From positions 32,001 to 96,000 of the forward strand of contig CAVRUC010000011.1 of NCBI GenBank assembly GCA_963724295.1: DNA of 64,000 bases. Reading direction: 5' to 3'. A program made the position numbers and the translations under genes. Origin of the DNA: an uncultured Chloroflexia bacterium (GTDB taxonomy: Bacteria > Chloroflexota > Chloroflexia > Thermomicrobiales > UBA6265). Below are positions 10,933 through 21,530 of this stretch, one piece after another (the stretch's first letter is position 1; every line of letters begins with the position of its first letter). The notes under the pieces are model-generated. The model saw only the letters and a list, made by a program, of their open reading frames with translations, had not been told where the DNA came from and ran no database searches.

Positions 10933-11790
10933 ATGAGGGGCGTCAGCTCACCCCGCTCCCTCCGATCGACACCCTCCCCCTCTTTGCCGGGGAGCGGTCC
11001 GCGTTGCTCCAGCTACTCGGTAGCCTTTCCGCCTCGGATTGGGAGGCCCCGACCGTCTGCACCGGCTGGTCGGTGAAAGATGTAGCGGTCCATCTGCTGG
11101 GTGACGACATCGGCCGGCTGTCATGGGGGCGTGATAGCTATGTCAACCCGGCGTTCGCCGCCGGGCTCGATATCGGGACATTGCCCGGTCTCGTCGCCGC
11201 CATCGATCGCCAGAACGCGGTCTGGGTGACGGGCGCGCGGCGGACCAGTCCCCGGCTCCTGATCGAGCTGCTGGAGATGACGGGCGAGCTGACCGAGGCG
11301 TATTTCGCCAGCCTGGAGATGACCGCGCTCGGGATGCCGGTCGATTGGGCGGGCCCGGAGCCGGCGCCTGTCTGGCTCGACGTTGCCCGCGAGTACACCG
11401 AACGCTGGGTGCATCAGCAGCACATCCGGGACGCCGTCGGCAAACCCGGTCTGAAGGAGCGGCGCTGGTTCGCGCCGGTGCTGGACGCATTCGTGCGGGG
11501 GCTGCCACGCGTGCTGCGGGATAGCGCCGGCCGAGGACGGAACCGCGTTGCGGCTGACGATCACTGGTGACGCCGGCGGCGAGTGGGTCGCGCTGCGGCA
11601 CGATGGCGATTGGATGCTGGGGACGGCGCCGCACATGACCGTGGATGCCACGGTCGAGCTCGATGAGGATCATGCCTGGCGGCTCTTCACGAAGGGTATT
11701 TCCAAGGAAGAGGCCCGGCGGGCCGCGCGGATCGAGGGCGACGAGGCGCTCGCCGAGCGGGCGCTCGAGACGGTGTCGATCCTGGCGTGA
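10933..11790 (+). CDS. maleylpyruvate isomerase (MDMPI) family mycothiol-dependent enzyme, frameshifted; start approximate
   Basis: WEAPTVCTGWSVKDVAVHL and EYTERWVHQQHIRDA; C-terminal domain in ORF 11548-11790. Confidence 0.8.
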
Positions 11791-11921
11791 TGGGTGGGTG
11801 TTCGCTGCGCTCACGGTGACAGGGTGGTTACTCGCTGCGCTCGTGGTGGCAGGGTGGCGGGGATCATCGTTCTCCCTGTCACCCTGCCACCCTGTGACCC
11901 CGCCACCCCAACGGAGGCACT

Positions 11922-12476
11922 ATGGCGAACAGGCTGGGCGGGATCGTGACGGCGGTCAGCCGGAGCGGGACGCACACGATGAGCAAGCCGAATCAGGAGA
12001 GCATCCAGCTCCTGACCGGGCTTGGCGTCGCGGGCGATGCCCATCAAGGGGAGACGGTCAAGCACCGCTCGCGCGTCAGGCGTGACCCGACGCAGCCCAA
12101 TCTGCGACAGGTGCATCTCATCCACGCCGAGCTGCACGACGAGCTACGCGACGCTGGATTCAGCGTCTCGGCCGGAGAGATGGGCGAGAATATCACCACC
12201 CGCGGTGTCGATCTGCTCGGGTTGCCGGTCGGGACGCGGCTGCTCCTGGGCGATACGGCCACGGTCGAGGTGACCGGGCTACGCAACCCATGCGCGCAAC
12301 TGAACGGGATCGCGCCGGGTCTGATGGCGGCGACCCTGGACCATGATGAGGACGGCAACCTCGTGCGCAAGGCGGGGGTGATGGGTGTCGTCGTGAGCGG
12401 CGGCGAGGTGCGCCCGGGCGATGCGATCCGGGTCGAGCTGCCGTCCGCGCCGCACCGGCCGCTGGAGCCGGTGTGA
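11922..12476 (+). CDS. MOSC domain protein
   Basis: GVAGDAH, RQVHLI, GENITT, RNPCAQL. Confidence 0.9.
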   Translation: MANRLGGIVTAVSRSGTHTMSKPNQESIQLLTGLGVAGDAHQGETVKHRSRVRRDPTQPNLRQVHLIHAELHDELRDAGFSVSAGEMGENITTRGVDLLGLPVGTRLLLGDTATVEVTGLRNPCAQLNGIAPGLMAATLDHDEDGNLVRKAGVMGVVVSGGEVRPGDAIRVELPSAPHRPLEPV

Positions 12477-12564
12477 CGAGGGTCGCTGGGTCGCGGGGTC
12501 GTGGGGTGGCCGGGAATCGTTCTTCCTGCCACCCTGCCACCCTGCCACCTCAATTGGAGGTAAC

Positions 12565-13362
12565 GTGGCGGACAGTTTGAAGGGGAAGGTGGCGATCGTC
12601 ACCGGGGCGGCGCACGGCATCGGCCGCGCGATCGCCGAGCGCTACGGCGCGGAAGGGGCGACGGTCGTCGTCTCTGACGTCGATGCCGCTGGTGGGGAAG
12701 CGGTGGCGAAGCGGATCACCGATGCCGGGGGCACGGCGGTGGCGATCGTCACCGACGTTTCGGACAAAGCGGCGGTCGATCGCTTGTTCGACGAGACGCT
12801 CGATCGCTTCGGCGCGGTCGACGTGCTGGTCAACAACGCGGGGCTGACCGATACCGAGCGGCACTTCCTCGAAGGTGACGAGGAATGGTGGGATCGCATC
12901 CACGCCGTGAATCTCAAAGGGAGCTTCCTCTGCGGTCTGCGCGCGGCCAGGCTGATGGCGCAGCGGGGCGACGGGGTCATCATCAACGTCTCTTCCGGCG
13001 GCGCGACGCGGGCTCACCGCGGTAACGCTGCTTACGACGCGACGAAGGGCGGGATCGAAGCGCTCACCCGTGCCATGGCGGTCGACCTGGCCCCCTATGG
13101 CGTGCGCGTCAACGGGCTGATCCCTGGTTCGATCGACTCCAAGGGGATGTCCCCGGACGTGAAGCAGCAGCGTGGGGAAGCCATTCCCATGGGCCGCATG
13201 GGCGAACCGGAAGATATGACCGGCGCCGCCGTCTTCCTCGCCTCCGCTGATGCCGCCTACGTCACCGGGCAGCTGATCGCCGTCGACGGCGGCATCCTGG
13301 CGGCGATGCGCTCCCCGGCCGCGGACATCTTCCCGCTGTCGCGATTCCCGGAGCTACGCTGA
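12565..13362 (+). CDS. short-chain dehydrogenase/reductase
   Basis: GTG after GGAGG; TGAAHGIG, VNNAG, YDATK. Confidence 0.92.
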   Translation: MADSLKGKVAIVTGAAHGIGRAIAERYGAEGATVVVSDVDAAGGEAVAKRITDAGGTAVAIVTDVSDKAAVDRLFDETLDRFGAVDVLVNNAGLTDTERHFLEGDEEWWDRIHAVNLKGSFLCGLRAARLMAQRGDGVIINVSSGGATRAHRGNAAYDATKGGIEALTRAMAVDLAPYGVRVNGLIPGSIDSKGMSPDVKQQRGEAIPMGRMGEPEDMTGAAVFLASADAAYVTGQLIAVDGGILAAMRSPAADIFPLSRFPELR

Positions 13363-13479
13363 GTCGAAGTCGGTAAGTCGGAAGTCGGTAAGAAGGCAAG
13401 ACGATCGTGGTGCGGCGAAACACGACCCTGTTCTCCAACTGCACCAGTGCTCGCTGTCCTAGCGTGGCATCGCCTGCCG

Positions 13480-13574
13480 GTGTCATCCCGAGGCACGAGG
13501 GATCTCGTCGGTATCCTCCGCGAGGCACAGCGAGAACGAGATTCCTCCTGCGACTGCAGGCGTCGGAATGACAC
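13480..13574. repeat. palindromic REP-like element (GTGTCATCCCGAG...GGAATGACAC)
   Basis: Inverted arms gtgtcatcccgaggcacgagggatctcg / cgagattcctc...cggaatgacac. Confidence 0.7.
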
Positions 13575-13583
13575 GAGTGGGCG

Positions 13584-16500
13584 ATGCGCTGCAGTCGTGA
13601 TTTCACTGACCGACTCACCGACTTACCGACTCACCGACTCTCTGACCGACACCGCCAGTCGCTGCGCGCCGGTATCGACATCGGCGGCACGTTCACCGAT
13701 CTCGTCGTCTATGACGATGCCAGCGGCGCGTTCGTCGTCGGCAAGACGCTGACGACCCCTCACGATCCCTCGGTCGCCATCGAGGTTGGGCTGGACGAGA
13801 CCCTGGCGTCGGCGAACGCGGCGATGGATGCCCTGGGCCAGATCATCCACGGCACCACCCTGGTCACGAATGCGCTGATCGAGCGCAAGGGCGTACCGAC
13901 CGCGCTGCTGGCCAGCGAGGGATTCCGCGATTCGCTCGAGATCGGCCGCGAGCATCGCTACGACCTCTACGATCTGCAACTGGAGATGCCGCGTCCCCTG
14001 GTGCCGCGCGAGCTCCGCTTCGGCGTGCCGGGGCGCACCCTCGCCGACGGCTCGACCCTGGCAGGGCACGATCTGGACGAGGAGTATGTCGAGCGCCTGG
14101 CCCGCGAGCTGGCCGCCGCCGGGATCGAGGCGGTCGCCATCGCCTTCCTCAACAGCTTCGCCAACCCCGAGCTGGAGCGACGCGCGCGGGAGGCGGTGCA
14201 TCGAGCGGCGCCTGATATCCGCGTTTCGATCTCGTCCGACGTGGCGCCGGAGATCCGCGAGTACGAGCGGACCTCGACGACGGTGGCCAATGTCTACGTC
14301 CAGGCCCGGGTCGAGCGCTACCTGCGCGACCTGGAGGAGCGGCTGGCACGGGCGGGATTCCAGGGCGCGCTGCTGCTGCTCATCTCGTCCGGCGCCCTGG
14401 CGACGGTCGAGACGGCCGCTCGCTTCCCGGTGCGGCTGCTGGAGAGCGGTCCGGCCGGGGGCGCGCTCGCCGCCGCGGCCTTTGGGGCCGCCGCCGGTTA
14501 CGAGGATCTCCTCTCCTTCGATATGGGGGGCACTACCGCCAAGTTCGCGGTGATCGCCCGCGGCGAGCCGCTGCTGGCCCATGGCTTCGAGGTCGACCGC
14601 CGCTACCGCTTCAAGAAGGGCTCCGGGCTGCCGATCAACCTGCCCGTGATCGAGATGATCGAGATCGGGGCCGGCGGCGGCTCGATCGCTCGCATCGATG
14701 CTCTCGGTCTGCTCAAGGTCGGACCCGATTCCGCGGGCGCCGATCCGGGGCCGGCCTGCTACGGCCGTGGTGGCGAGCGGCCCACGGTCACCGATGCCGA
14801 TCTCGTCCTCGGCTATCTCGATCCCGGCTTCTTCCTCGGCGGCGCGATGTCGCTCGACGTCGAGGCGGCGCGGCAGGCCATCCGCCGCGATCTGGCCGAA
14901 CCCCTCGGATTGAGCGTCGAGGAGGCCGCCTGGGGTATCCACCAGATCGTCAACGAGGTGATGGCCGGCGCGGCGCGGGTGCACACCCTGGAGCGCGGCG
15001 GCGATCCGCGGCGGCTGCCGGTCTTCGCCTTCGGCGGCGCGGGTCCCGTGCACGGCTATCGCATCGCGGCGGCGCTCGGCTCGCCGCGTCTGATCGTCCC
15101 CTCGGGGGCGGGGGTGATGAGTGCCATCGGCTTCCTCGCCGCGCCGATCGCCTTCGACTTCACCCGCTCCTTCCCCGGCCGCCTCGACGCCCTCGACTGG
15201 GCACGCGTCAACGGGCTGATCGCCGAGATGGAGGAAGAGGGTACGGCGCTGCTGGCCTCGGCCGGTGTGCGCGGTCGCGACGTGACCCACCGCCGCGCCG
15301 CCGAGATGCGCTACGTCGGGCAGGGACACGAGGTGCGCGTGCCGCTGCCGCCGGGACCGCTCACCCCGGCCAGCGTCCCCGCGCTGCGGCAGGCGTTCGA
15401 GACCGAGTACCTCCGCCTCTACGGCCGGCTTGGTCCGCCGGTGCCGGTGGAAGCGATCACCTGGCGGGTCGTTTCGTCTGGTCCGCGCCCCGATCTCCGT
15501 CTGTCGACCGCGCCGGAGGCGACCGGCGATGCCGAGTCGGCCCGCAAAGGCACGCGCCGGGCCTACGTGCCCGAGCAGGGCGGGATGACCGACGTTACGG
15601 TCTACGACCGCTACCGGCTGGGACCGGGCGCGACCTTCACCGGCCCCGCCATCGTCGAGGAGCGCGAATCGACCACTGTCATCGGTCCCGGCGCCACGGT
15701 GTCGGTCGATGATCAAGGGAACCTCACCGTGGAAGTCATCGAGGGGGAGAAGGGGGTCGCTTCGCTAGGGGGCGGCTGCAGCACAGTGCGCTCGAGGGGA
15801 GCAGGAGCACAGGAATCCCATCGTCGGTCTCCTTTTCCCCCTCATCCCCTGAGCGAAGCGACCCCCTCAGCGCAGCGCCCCCCGAGCGCAGCGACCCCCC
15901 TCGACCCGGTGACGCTGGAGGTGCTCTGGAACCGGCTCCTCTCCGTCGCCAACGAGCAGCAGGCGGCGCTGATGCGGACCGCCTTCAGCACGGTGGTGCG
16001 CGAGTCGCAGGACCTCGCCTGCGGGGTTTTCGACACACGCGGCCAGATGATGGCGCAGTCGCTGACCGGTACCCCCGGGCACATCAACCCGATGGCCACC
16101 GGCGTGCGCCACCTGCTGGCCGCCTATCCCCCGGAGACGCTTGGTCCCGGCGACGTGCTGATCACCAACGACCCCTGGATGACGTCAGGCCAGCTCAACG
16201 ACTTCACGGTGGTCACGCCGGTCTTCCGTGAGGGCCGGATCGTCGGCTACTTCGGCAACCTCTGCCACGCGGCGGACATCGGCGGTCAGGTCTTCTCGGG
16301 GGAAGCGCACGAGATCTACGAGGAGGGACTGCGCGTCCCGGTGACGAAGCTCTTCGACCGCGGCGAGCCGAACCACGAGCTGCTGAAGATCATCCGCGCC
16401 AACGTCCGCCTCCCGGACGAGACGGTCGGCGATCTCTACGCCCAGGCCTCCTGCAACGACGTCGGCGGGCGGGCGCTGCTGGCGATGATGGACGAGTTCG

Positions 16501-17616
16501 GACTGGAGAGTGTCGATCCCCTGTCCGACGAGATCATCGCCCGCTCCGAGCGCGCCCTGCGGGAGGCCATTCGCTCCCTCCCGGATGGGGTCTACCGGCA
16601 CGAGGTCTGGAGCGACGGGTTCGAGGAGCCGATCGTGATCGTGGCGACGGTCACGGTCCGCGGGGACGAGATCGACATCGACTTTGCGGGGTCGTCGCCG
16701 CAGAGCAGGCGCGGCATCAACGTGGTGCTGAACTACACCCAGGGCTACGCCTCCTTCGCGCTGAAAGCGGCGATCGCCCCGGACGTGCCGCACAACGAGG
16801 GCTCGTTCCGGCCGGTGCACGTCACGGCGCCGCTCGGCTCGATCCTCAACTGCGTCGACCCGGCGGCGGTGGCGGCGCGGCACTTGATCGGACACTTCGT
16901 GCCCGGCGCCATCTTCGGTGCATTGGCCCAGGCGCTGCCGGAGCGGCTGCTGGCGGGCGGCGCCGACCCGATCTGGCTCAGCGTCTGGCGCGGCAAGCAC
17001 CCGGAGAACGGCGAGCCGTTCATGACGGCGATCTTCCAGGTCGGGGGCACCGGTGCGCGCGCCAAAAAGGACGGGCTGAGCACGACCGGCTTCCCCTCCG
17101 GGGTGGCGGGGGTGCCGGCCGAGGTGATCGAGCATCTCTCGGCGCTGGTGCAATCGCGGCGCGAGCTTCGCACCGACTCGGGAGGCGCGGGCACGACCCG
17201 CGGCGGGCTGGGTCAGGCGACCGAGTTCTGGTATCGCGGCGACGGCCCCTGGAGCGTCTCGGCGATGATCGACCGCACCCAGTTCGCGGCGCAGGGGTTC
17301 GCCGGCGGCGGCCCCGGCGCGCTGGGACTCTTTGAAGCTGACGGCCAGCCGCTGAAACCGAAAACGGTCATCGGGCTAGAGCCAGGGCAAACGGTGCTGC
17401 ATGGCTCCGCCCGGCGGCGCCGGCTACGGCGACCCCTTGCAGCGCCCGGTTGATGCGGTCCTCGCCGACGTCGTCTCCGGCTACGTCTCTCTGGAAAGCG
17501 CCGAGCGCGATTACGGGGTCGTCATCCGCTACCTCGGCAGTCCGGACCAGTTGGTCAGGCTGTCAGAGCATTACGCGGTCGATGAGGAGGCGACGGCGCG
17601 GCTCAGAACACGTTGA
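13584..17616 (+). CDS. hydantoinase/oxoprolinase A+B fusion (frameshift near 17400; start uncertain)
   Basis: GIDIGGTFTD, ESGPAGG and DMGGTT (A part); DPVTLEVLWNRL, NDPWMTSGQLND and PPGGAGYGDP (B part). Confidence 0.9.
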
Positions 17617-17679
17617 GGAGTCGAGACGTCAAGATATGATGGAGGCCACTACTTCGTACTGAGGATCATCCTTAGGCGG

Positions 17680-17737
17680 TTGACATATACTTGACCGCAG
17701 CGTGTATACTTGCGTCCTAAGGACGCAAGTATACACG
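17680..17737 (+). promoter_or_regulatory. AbiE promoter with 18-bp-arm perfect inverted repeat (probable autorepression operator)
   Basis: TTGACA at 17680, TATACT at 17705; cgtgtatacttgcgtcct-a-aggacgcaagtatacacg at 17701-17737. Confidence 0.7.
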
Positions 17738-17833
17738 TAGGAGCAGAAAACAATCGTCCAAAAGACCGCTTCCTTCGCTCTTCTTGAGCAACTCGCAGAC
17801 GAACACCGACGGGTTCTCGCAGAGTGGCGTGCC

Positions 17834-18667
17834 TTGATTCTTATTCGCCGCGCCACATTCGAGCTCGCGTCATCTGAGCGACGCTGGTCACAACTCCCCC
17901 ATGAACCAGCCGACCTCTACCCGTTGTTTCGGCAAATGCGGCAGCGCGGAGAAATCAAACCGATCCGTGGCCTCCACCATTTCTACGAAGTGACCGTACC
18001 TTATGCTCGTAGCGGACATATAGAAGAGGAAGAGGTCCTCATGGAGGCTCACCCCTATGCAGCAGTGAGCTACCTCTCGGCGCTCGTCTTCCATGGCCTG
18101 ACGGACGAACTACCAAAGGGAATCAACGCCATGGTCCCCTTAGATGGGACCGGGGATTTGCTTCCCCTTGGAACCGAGCCTCGGGATTGGGAAGGACTGT
18201 CTCTTGTACGAGGACGGACGCCTGAGCGCATCCTCGGTCGTCCCGTGACCTGGCACCATATCAAGCCAGAGCGGTTCTTTGGTTTAGGCGTGTATCAGCC
18301 AAGCGGGTATCCCATTCGGGTCACCACGCCAGAACGATCGCTCCTCGATGGCCTGCAAGCACCGAAGCTCTCAGGTGGGATCGAGAATGTTCTTCGGGCA
18401 TGGGTGCTCGCCCGCGACACGCTCGACCTTAACCTACTCATCCACTATGTCGATCGCTTCAACGTTGCACTACTCAGGCAGCGCACTGGGTTCATCTTGG
18501 AAGAGCTCGGACTGTCCCATCCCCGTATTGAGGAGTGGCAAGGCATGGCACGCCGTGGCGGATCAAGCAAGCTGGTGGGCGCCAATCCCTACTCCTCGCA
18601 CTACAGTGAGCGCTGGAATCTCTCGCTCAACGCGTCGATCGCAGCTCTCCACGATGGGAGTCCGTGA
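17834..18667 (+). CDS. abiEi: type IV TA antitoxin, AbiEi-like (N-terminus probably extends upstream to about 17710-17741)
   Basis: SYLSALVFHGLTD, IRVTTPERSLLD, RTGFILE, SERWNLSLN; GTGA overlap with the downstream NTase. Confidence 0.8.
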   Translation: MILIRRATFELASSERRWSQLPHEPADLYPLFRQMRQRGEIKPIRGLHHFYEVTVPYARSGHIEEEEVLMEAHPYAAVSYLSALVFHGLTDELPKGINAMVPLDGTGDLLPLGTEPRDWEGLSLVRGRTPERILGRPVTWHHIKPERFFGLGVYQPSGYPIRVTTPERSLLDGLQAPKLSGGIENVLRAWVLARDTLDLNLLIHYVDRFNVALLRQRTGFILEELGLSHPRIEEWQGMARRGGSSKLVGANPYSSHYSERWNLSLNASIAALHDGSP

Positions 18668-19539
18668 CACCAACGTATCCGACCTCGTTCGATAACATCG
18701 GCCCATGGGCCGAAACGGCCGGCGTGCCGATCGAAGAGGCGCGGGTTCGGTTTGCCCAGTATGCCGTGCTGCGCAGCATCGCCGGTGTCCGCCCGCTCCG
18801 AGAAGGGCTCGTCTTCAAAGGAGGCAACGCGCTCGACTTCGTCTGGCAGCCGAACCGAAGCACTGTCGACCTTGACTTTTCAGTCGACCACGCGAGTAGC
18901 CTGGCGACTCCGGATGCCGAGACGATTCGGCGTCATCTTGAACGAGGACTCCCCGTCGCGACCACCCGCTTGGGCGTTGTGTTGGCGGTCCACCGGGTTC
19001 AGCAAAACCCGCGGGGCACAGAAAAGCACTTCATCACGTTCGAGGCCCGAATTGGGTATGCGCTCCCTGATGAGTTTCGCCTCCGCCAGCGCATCGAACA
19101 AGGCGAACCGAGTCCACACGTGATCAAGCTCGATATCAGCCTCAATGAGCCAATCGGTGCTGCAGTCATGATCACGATGAGTCCGGAACTCCAACTGCGC
19201 GTTGCCACGATAGAGGACATCGTTGCCGAGAAGCTCCGCGCCCTCTTGCAGCAGCCCATCCGGAACCGCCAACGTCGGCAGGACTTGCTCGACATCGCCG
19301 TGATCCTCCGCGAGAACACGCAGTTCGATCGCAACCTCGTCACCAGGTTCTTATTGGAGAAGGCGGCCGCGCGCCATGTTCCTGTCACGCGCCGGGCGTT
19401 CCGCAGCCCCGGGGTCGTCGACCGAGCCAGCCAAGGTTACGCCGAACTTGCGGTAACCACACGCGTGCTGTTCGTGCCCCTCGACGAGGCGCTCGTGTTG
19501 CTGAGTACGCTCGTGGACGAACTCGACATTCCCGATTGA
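18664..19539 (+). CDS. abiEii: type IV TA toxin, AbiEii/AbiGii nucleotidyltransferase
   Basis: LVFKGGNAL, RSTVDLDFS, AEKLRALL, RRQDLLD. Confidence 0.88.
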   Translation: MTPTYPTSFDNIGPWAETAGVPIEEARVRFAQYAVLRSIAGVRPLREGLVFKGGNALDFVWQPNRSTVDLDFSVDHASSLATPDAETIRRHLERGLPVATTRLGVVLAVHRVQQNPRGTEKHFITFEARIGYALPDEFRLRQRIEQGEPSPHVIKLDISLNEPIGAAVMITMSPELQLRVATIEDIVAEKLRALLQQPIRNRQRRQDLLDIAVILRENTQFDRNLVTRFLLEKAAARHVPVTRRAFRSPGVVDRASQGYAELAVTTRVLFVPLDEALVLLSTLVDELDIPD

Positions 19540-19603
19540 GCCATGGGCGGGTTTCTTACACAATTTGTACCCAATTCTTACAAGCACTCGCTACGATCGA
19601 AGG

Positions 19604-19763
19604 ATGCGACGGATTAACAAAATCATCCTGGTCGGCAGCGCGAGCGTCGCCGCCAAATTGCGGTACACCCGGAACGGGAAACCTGTCTCCAATATTCGGC
19701 TCGTAACGAATCGACAGGTCAAGGGTGAGGAAGAAACCTAGTTCCACTCGCATCGTCTGCTGA
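19604..19763 (+). pseudogene. ssb: single-stranded DNA-binding protein remnant
   Basis: Manual translation MRRINKIILVG...LRYTRNGKPVSNIRLVTNR...EEET* then frameshifted FH-RIVC*; truncated. Confidence 0.7.
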
Positions 19764-19790
19764 GTTCGCCCAACCGAAACAACCGCTGCC

Positions 19791-19942
19791 GCAGTCCTTG
19801 TCGCCATCGTCTCCAGGTTTGTCTCTATGGAAGTCGCTTCGCACCACTATGGCGTGATGAAATGTCTCGGCAGCCCGGACCAGTTGGTCAGGCTGTCAGA
19901 GCATTACGTGGTGGATAAGGAGGCGACGGCGCGGCTGAGAAC
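19791..19942 (+). repeat. degenerate duplicate of the hydantoinase gene 3' end (17455-17609)
   Basis: 19866-19942 vs 17533-17609 match at 72/77; weaker similarity extends upstream. Confidence 0.85.
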
Positions 19943-20142
19943 GAGTCAAGGAGAAGAAGAAGCGAGATGAGAACGGTAATGTCCTGGTACCGGGTGCGGG
20001 CCTCCGGCATCACTATCAAGCAGAGTTAACGATCGGAACGCCGCGTGCATCCTTGACCCGTTGCCGGACTATGATGGCCGCAGCGTCCGGCACGAGGAGC
20101 CCGCGCCGTTGTCCCCATTGCTCGGCATATCCCGGAGGTCGC

Positions 20143-21168
20143 ATGCAGCCATGGTCCCGGCCCCTGCAGGGGCGTCTCGAGGAGCACGTTGTCGTCAGCG
20201 AAGCGCTGCGGGGCAATCCCCTCGGCGACCCCCACGAGCGGCCACTCTGGGTCTACGTACCACCCGCGTATGACGACGAGCCGGGACGGCGCTACCCGAC
20301 GCTCTACCAGATCCAGGGACTGACTGGCCAGCTCGACATGTGGCGCAACCGGCCCGCCTTCCGACCCACGGTCCCGGAGCTGGTCGACGAGCTCTTTGCC
20401 ACCGGCGGTGCTCCTCCCTGTCTTGTCGTCTGGGTCGATGCCTGGACCTCCCTCGGGGGCAGCCAGTTTCTCGACTCGCCCGGCACGGGCCGCTACCACA
20501 CCTATCTCTGTGACGAGGTCGTGCCCTGGGTCGACGCCCACTATCGGACGCTGGCGGCCCCGGCCCACCGCGGGATCGCCGGCAAGTCCAGCGGCGGCTA
20601 CGGCGCGATGGTGACGCCGATGCTGCGGCCGGACCTGTTTGGCGGCTTGGCGACGCATGCGGGCGACGCCCTCTTCGAGGTCTGCTACCTGCCAGACTTC
20701 CGCGCCTCGGTGCGGGCGTTGCGCGACCAGTACGGGGGCTCCTTCGATGCCTTCTGGGCTGACTTCCGTAGCCGCCCGGCCTTCACCAGGGAGAGCGATG
20801 GGTTGCTCCTCAACGACTGGTGTATGGCGGCCTGCTACTCGACTGACCCGGACGGGACGGTACGACTGCCGTATGACTCCACGACGGGGATGTTGGTGCC
20901 GGAGGTCTGGGAGCGGTGGCTGAGCTGGGACCCGGTTCGGATGGTCCCCCGCTATGCCGACGCGCTGTGCGGCTTGCAGGCGATCTACATCGACGCCGGC
21001 ACGCGCGACGAGGCGTACCTCGATCTCGGCGCTGAGGCCTTCCGCCAGGCCCTCGTCACCATCGGGGTTACAGATGTGCGCTTCGAGCTGTTCGAGGCGG
21101 GTCACTTCGGGATCGAGTACCGCTACCCTCTCGGGCTGCAGCACCTTGCCCAGCGCCTGACGCCGTGA
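20143..21168 (+). CDS. alpha/beta-hydrolase, enterochelin-esterase-like putative esterase
   Basis: VYVPPAY; GKSSGGYG nucleophile elbow; DAGTRDE and GH. Confidence 0.85.
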   Translation: MQPWSRPLQGRLEEHVVVSEALRGNPLGDPHERPLWVYVPPAYDDEPGRRYPTLYQIQGLTGQLDMWRNRPAFRPTVPELVDELFATGGAPPCLVVWVDAWTSLGGSQFLDSPGTGRYHTYLCDEVVPWVDAHYRTLAAPAHRGIAGKSSGGYGAMVTPMLRPDLFGGLATHAGDALFEVCYLPDFRASVRALRDQYGGSFDAFWADFRSRPAFTRESDGLLLNDWCMAACYSTDPDGTVRLPYDSTTGMLVPEVWERWLSWDPVRMVPRYADALCGLQAIYIDAGTRDEAYLDLGAEAFRQALVTIGVTDVRFELFEAGHFGIEYRYPLGLQHLAQRLTP

Positions 21169-21530
21169 GGGCGGGTTGGTCGGCGAGTCGGTGCCGCTGG
21201 TCATCGTGAAGAATAGAATCCACGTCTCGGCAGCACCGCCCCGTAATCACCTCGCTGTCCGCCGGGATGGGTGCCAGGCTTACGTGGTCATGCCAACCTC
21301 GAGTTTGCCTAAGCAAGAGAACGGAGAACCAGCATGGTCACTACTACGGCGCGGCAGTGGTATAGCTCGGCAGCTTAGACGAGTTGGTCCGACTACTACA
21401 GCACTACGTGGTGGATCAGGCGGTAACCAGAGGATCTTCACGATTCGGCTTGACGGCGCAGGATGCTGGAGCCATAAAGAGGCGCCTGGATCGTTGATAG
21501 CAGTTCTAGGTGCTGCCGGGTGGGTGTCCT

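Noticed and set aside
13623..15716. Long antisense ORFs (also 6260-7444, 20026-21204, 24023-25573, 49255-50733)
   Set aside because: Shadow ORFs opposite well-supported genes in high-GC DNA.
19819..19848. Apparent extra copy of the 30-bp site (ttgtctctatg-gaagtcgc-ttcgcaccact)
   Set aside because: Fully explained as part of the degenerate hydantoinase 3' duplicate; the right arm does not match.
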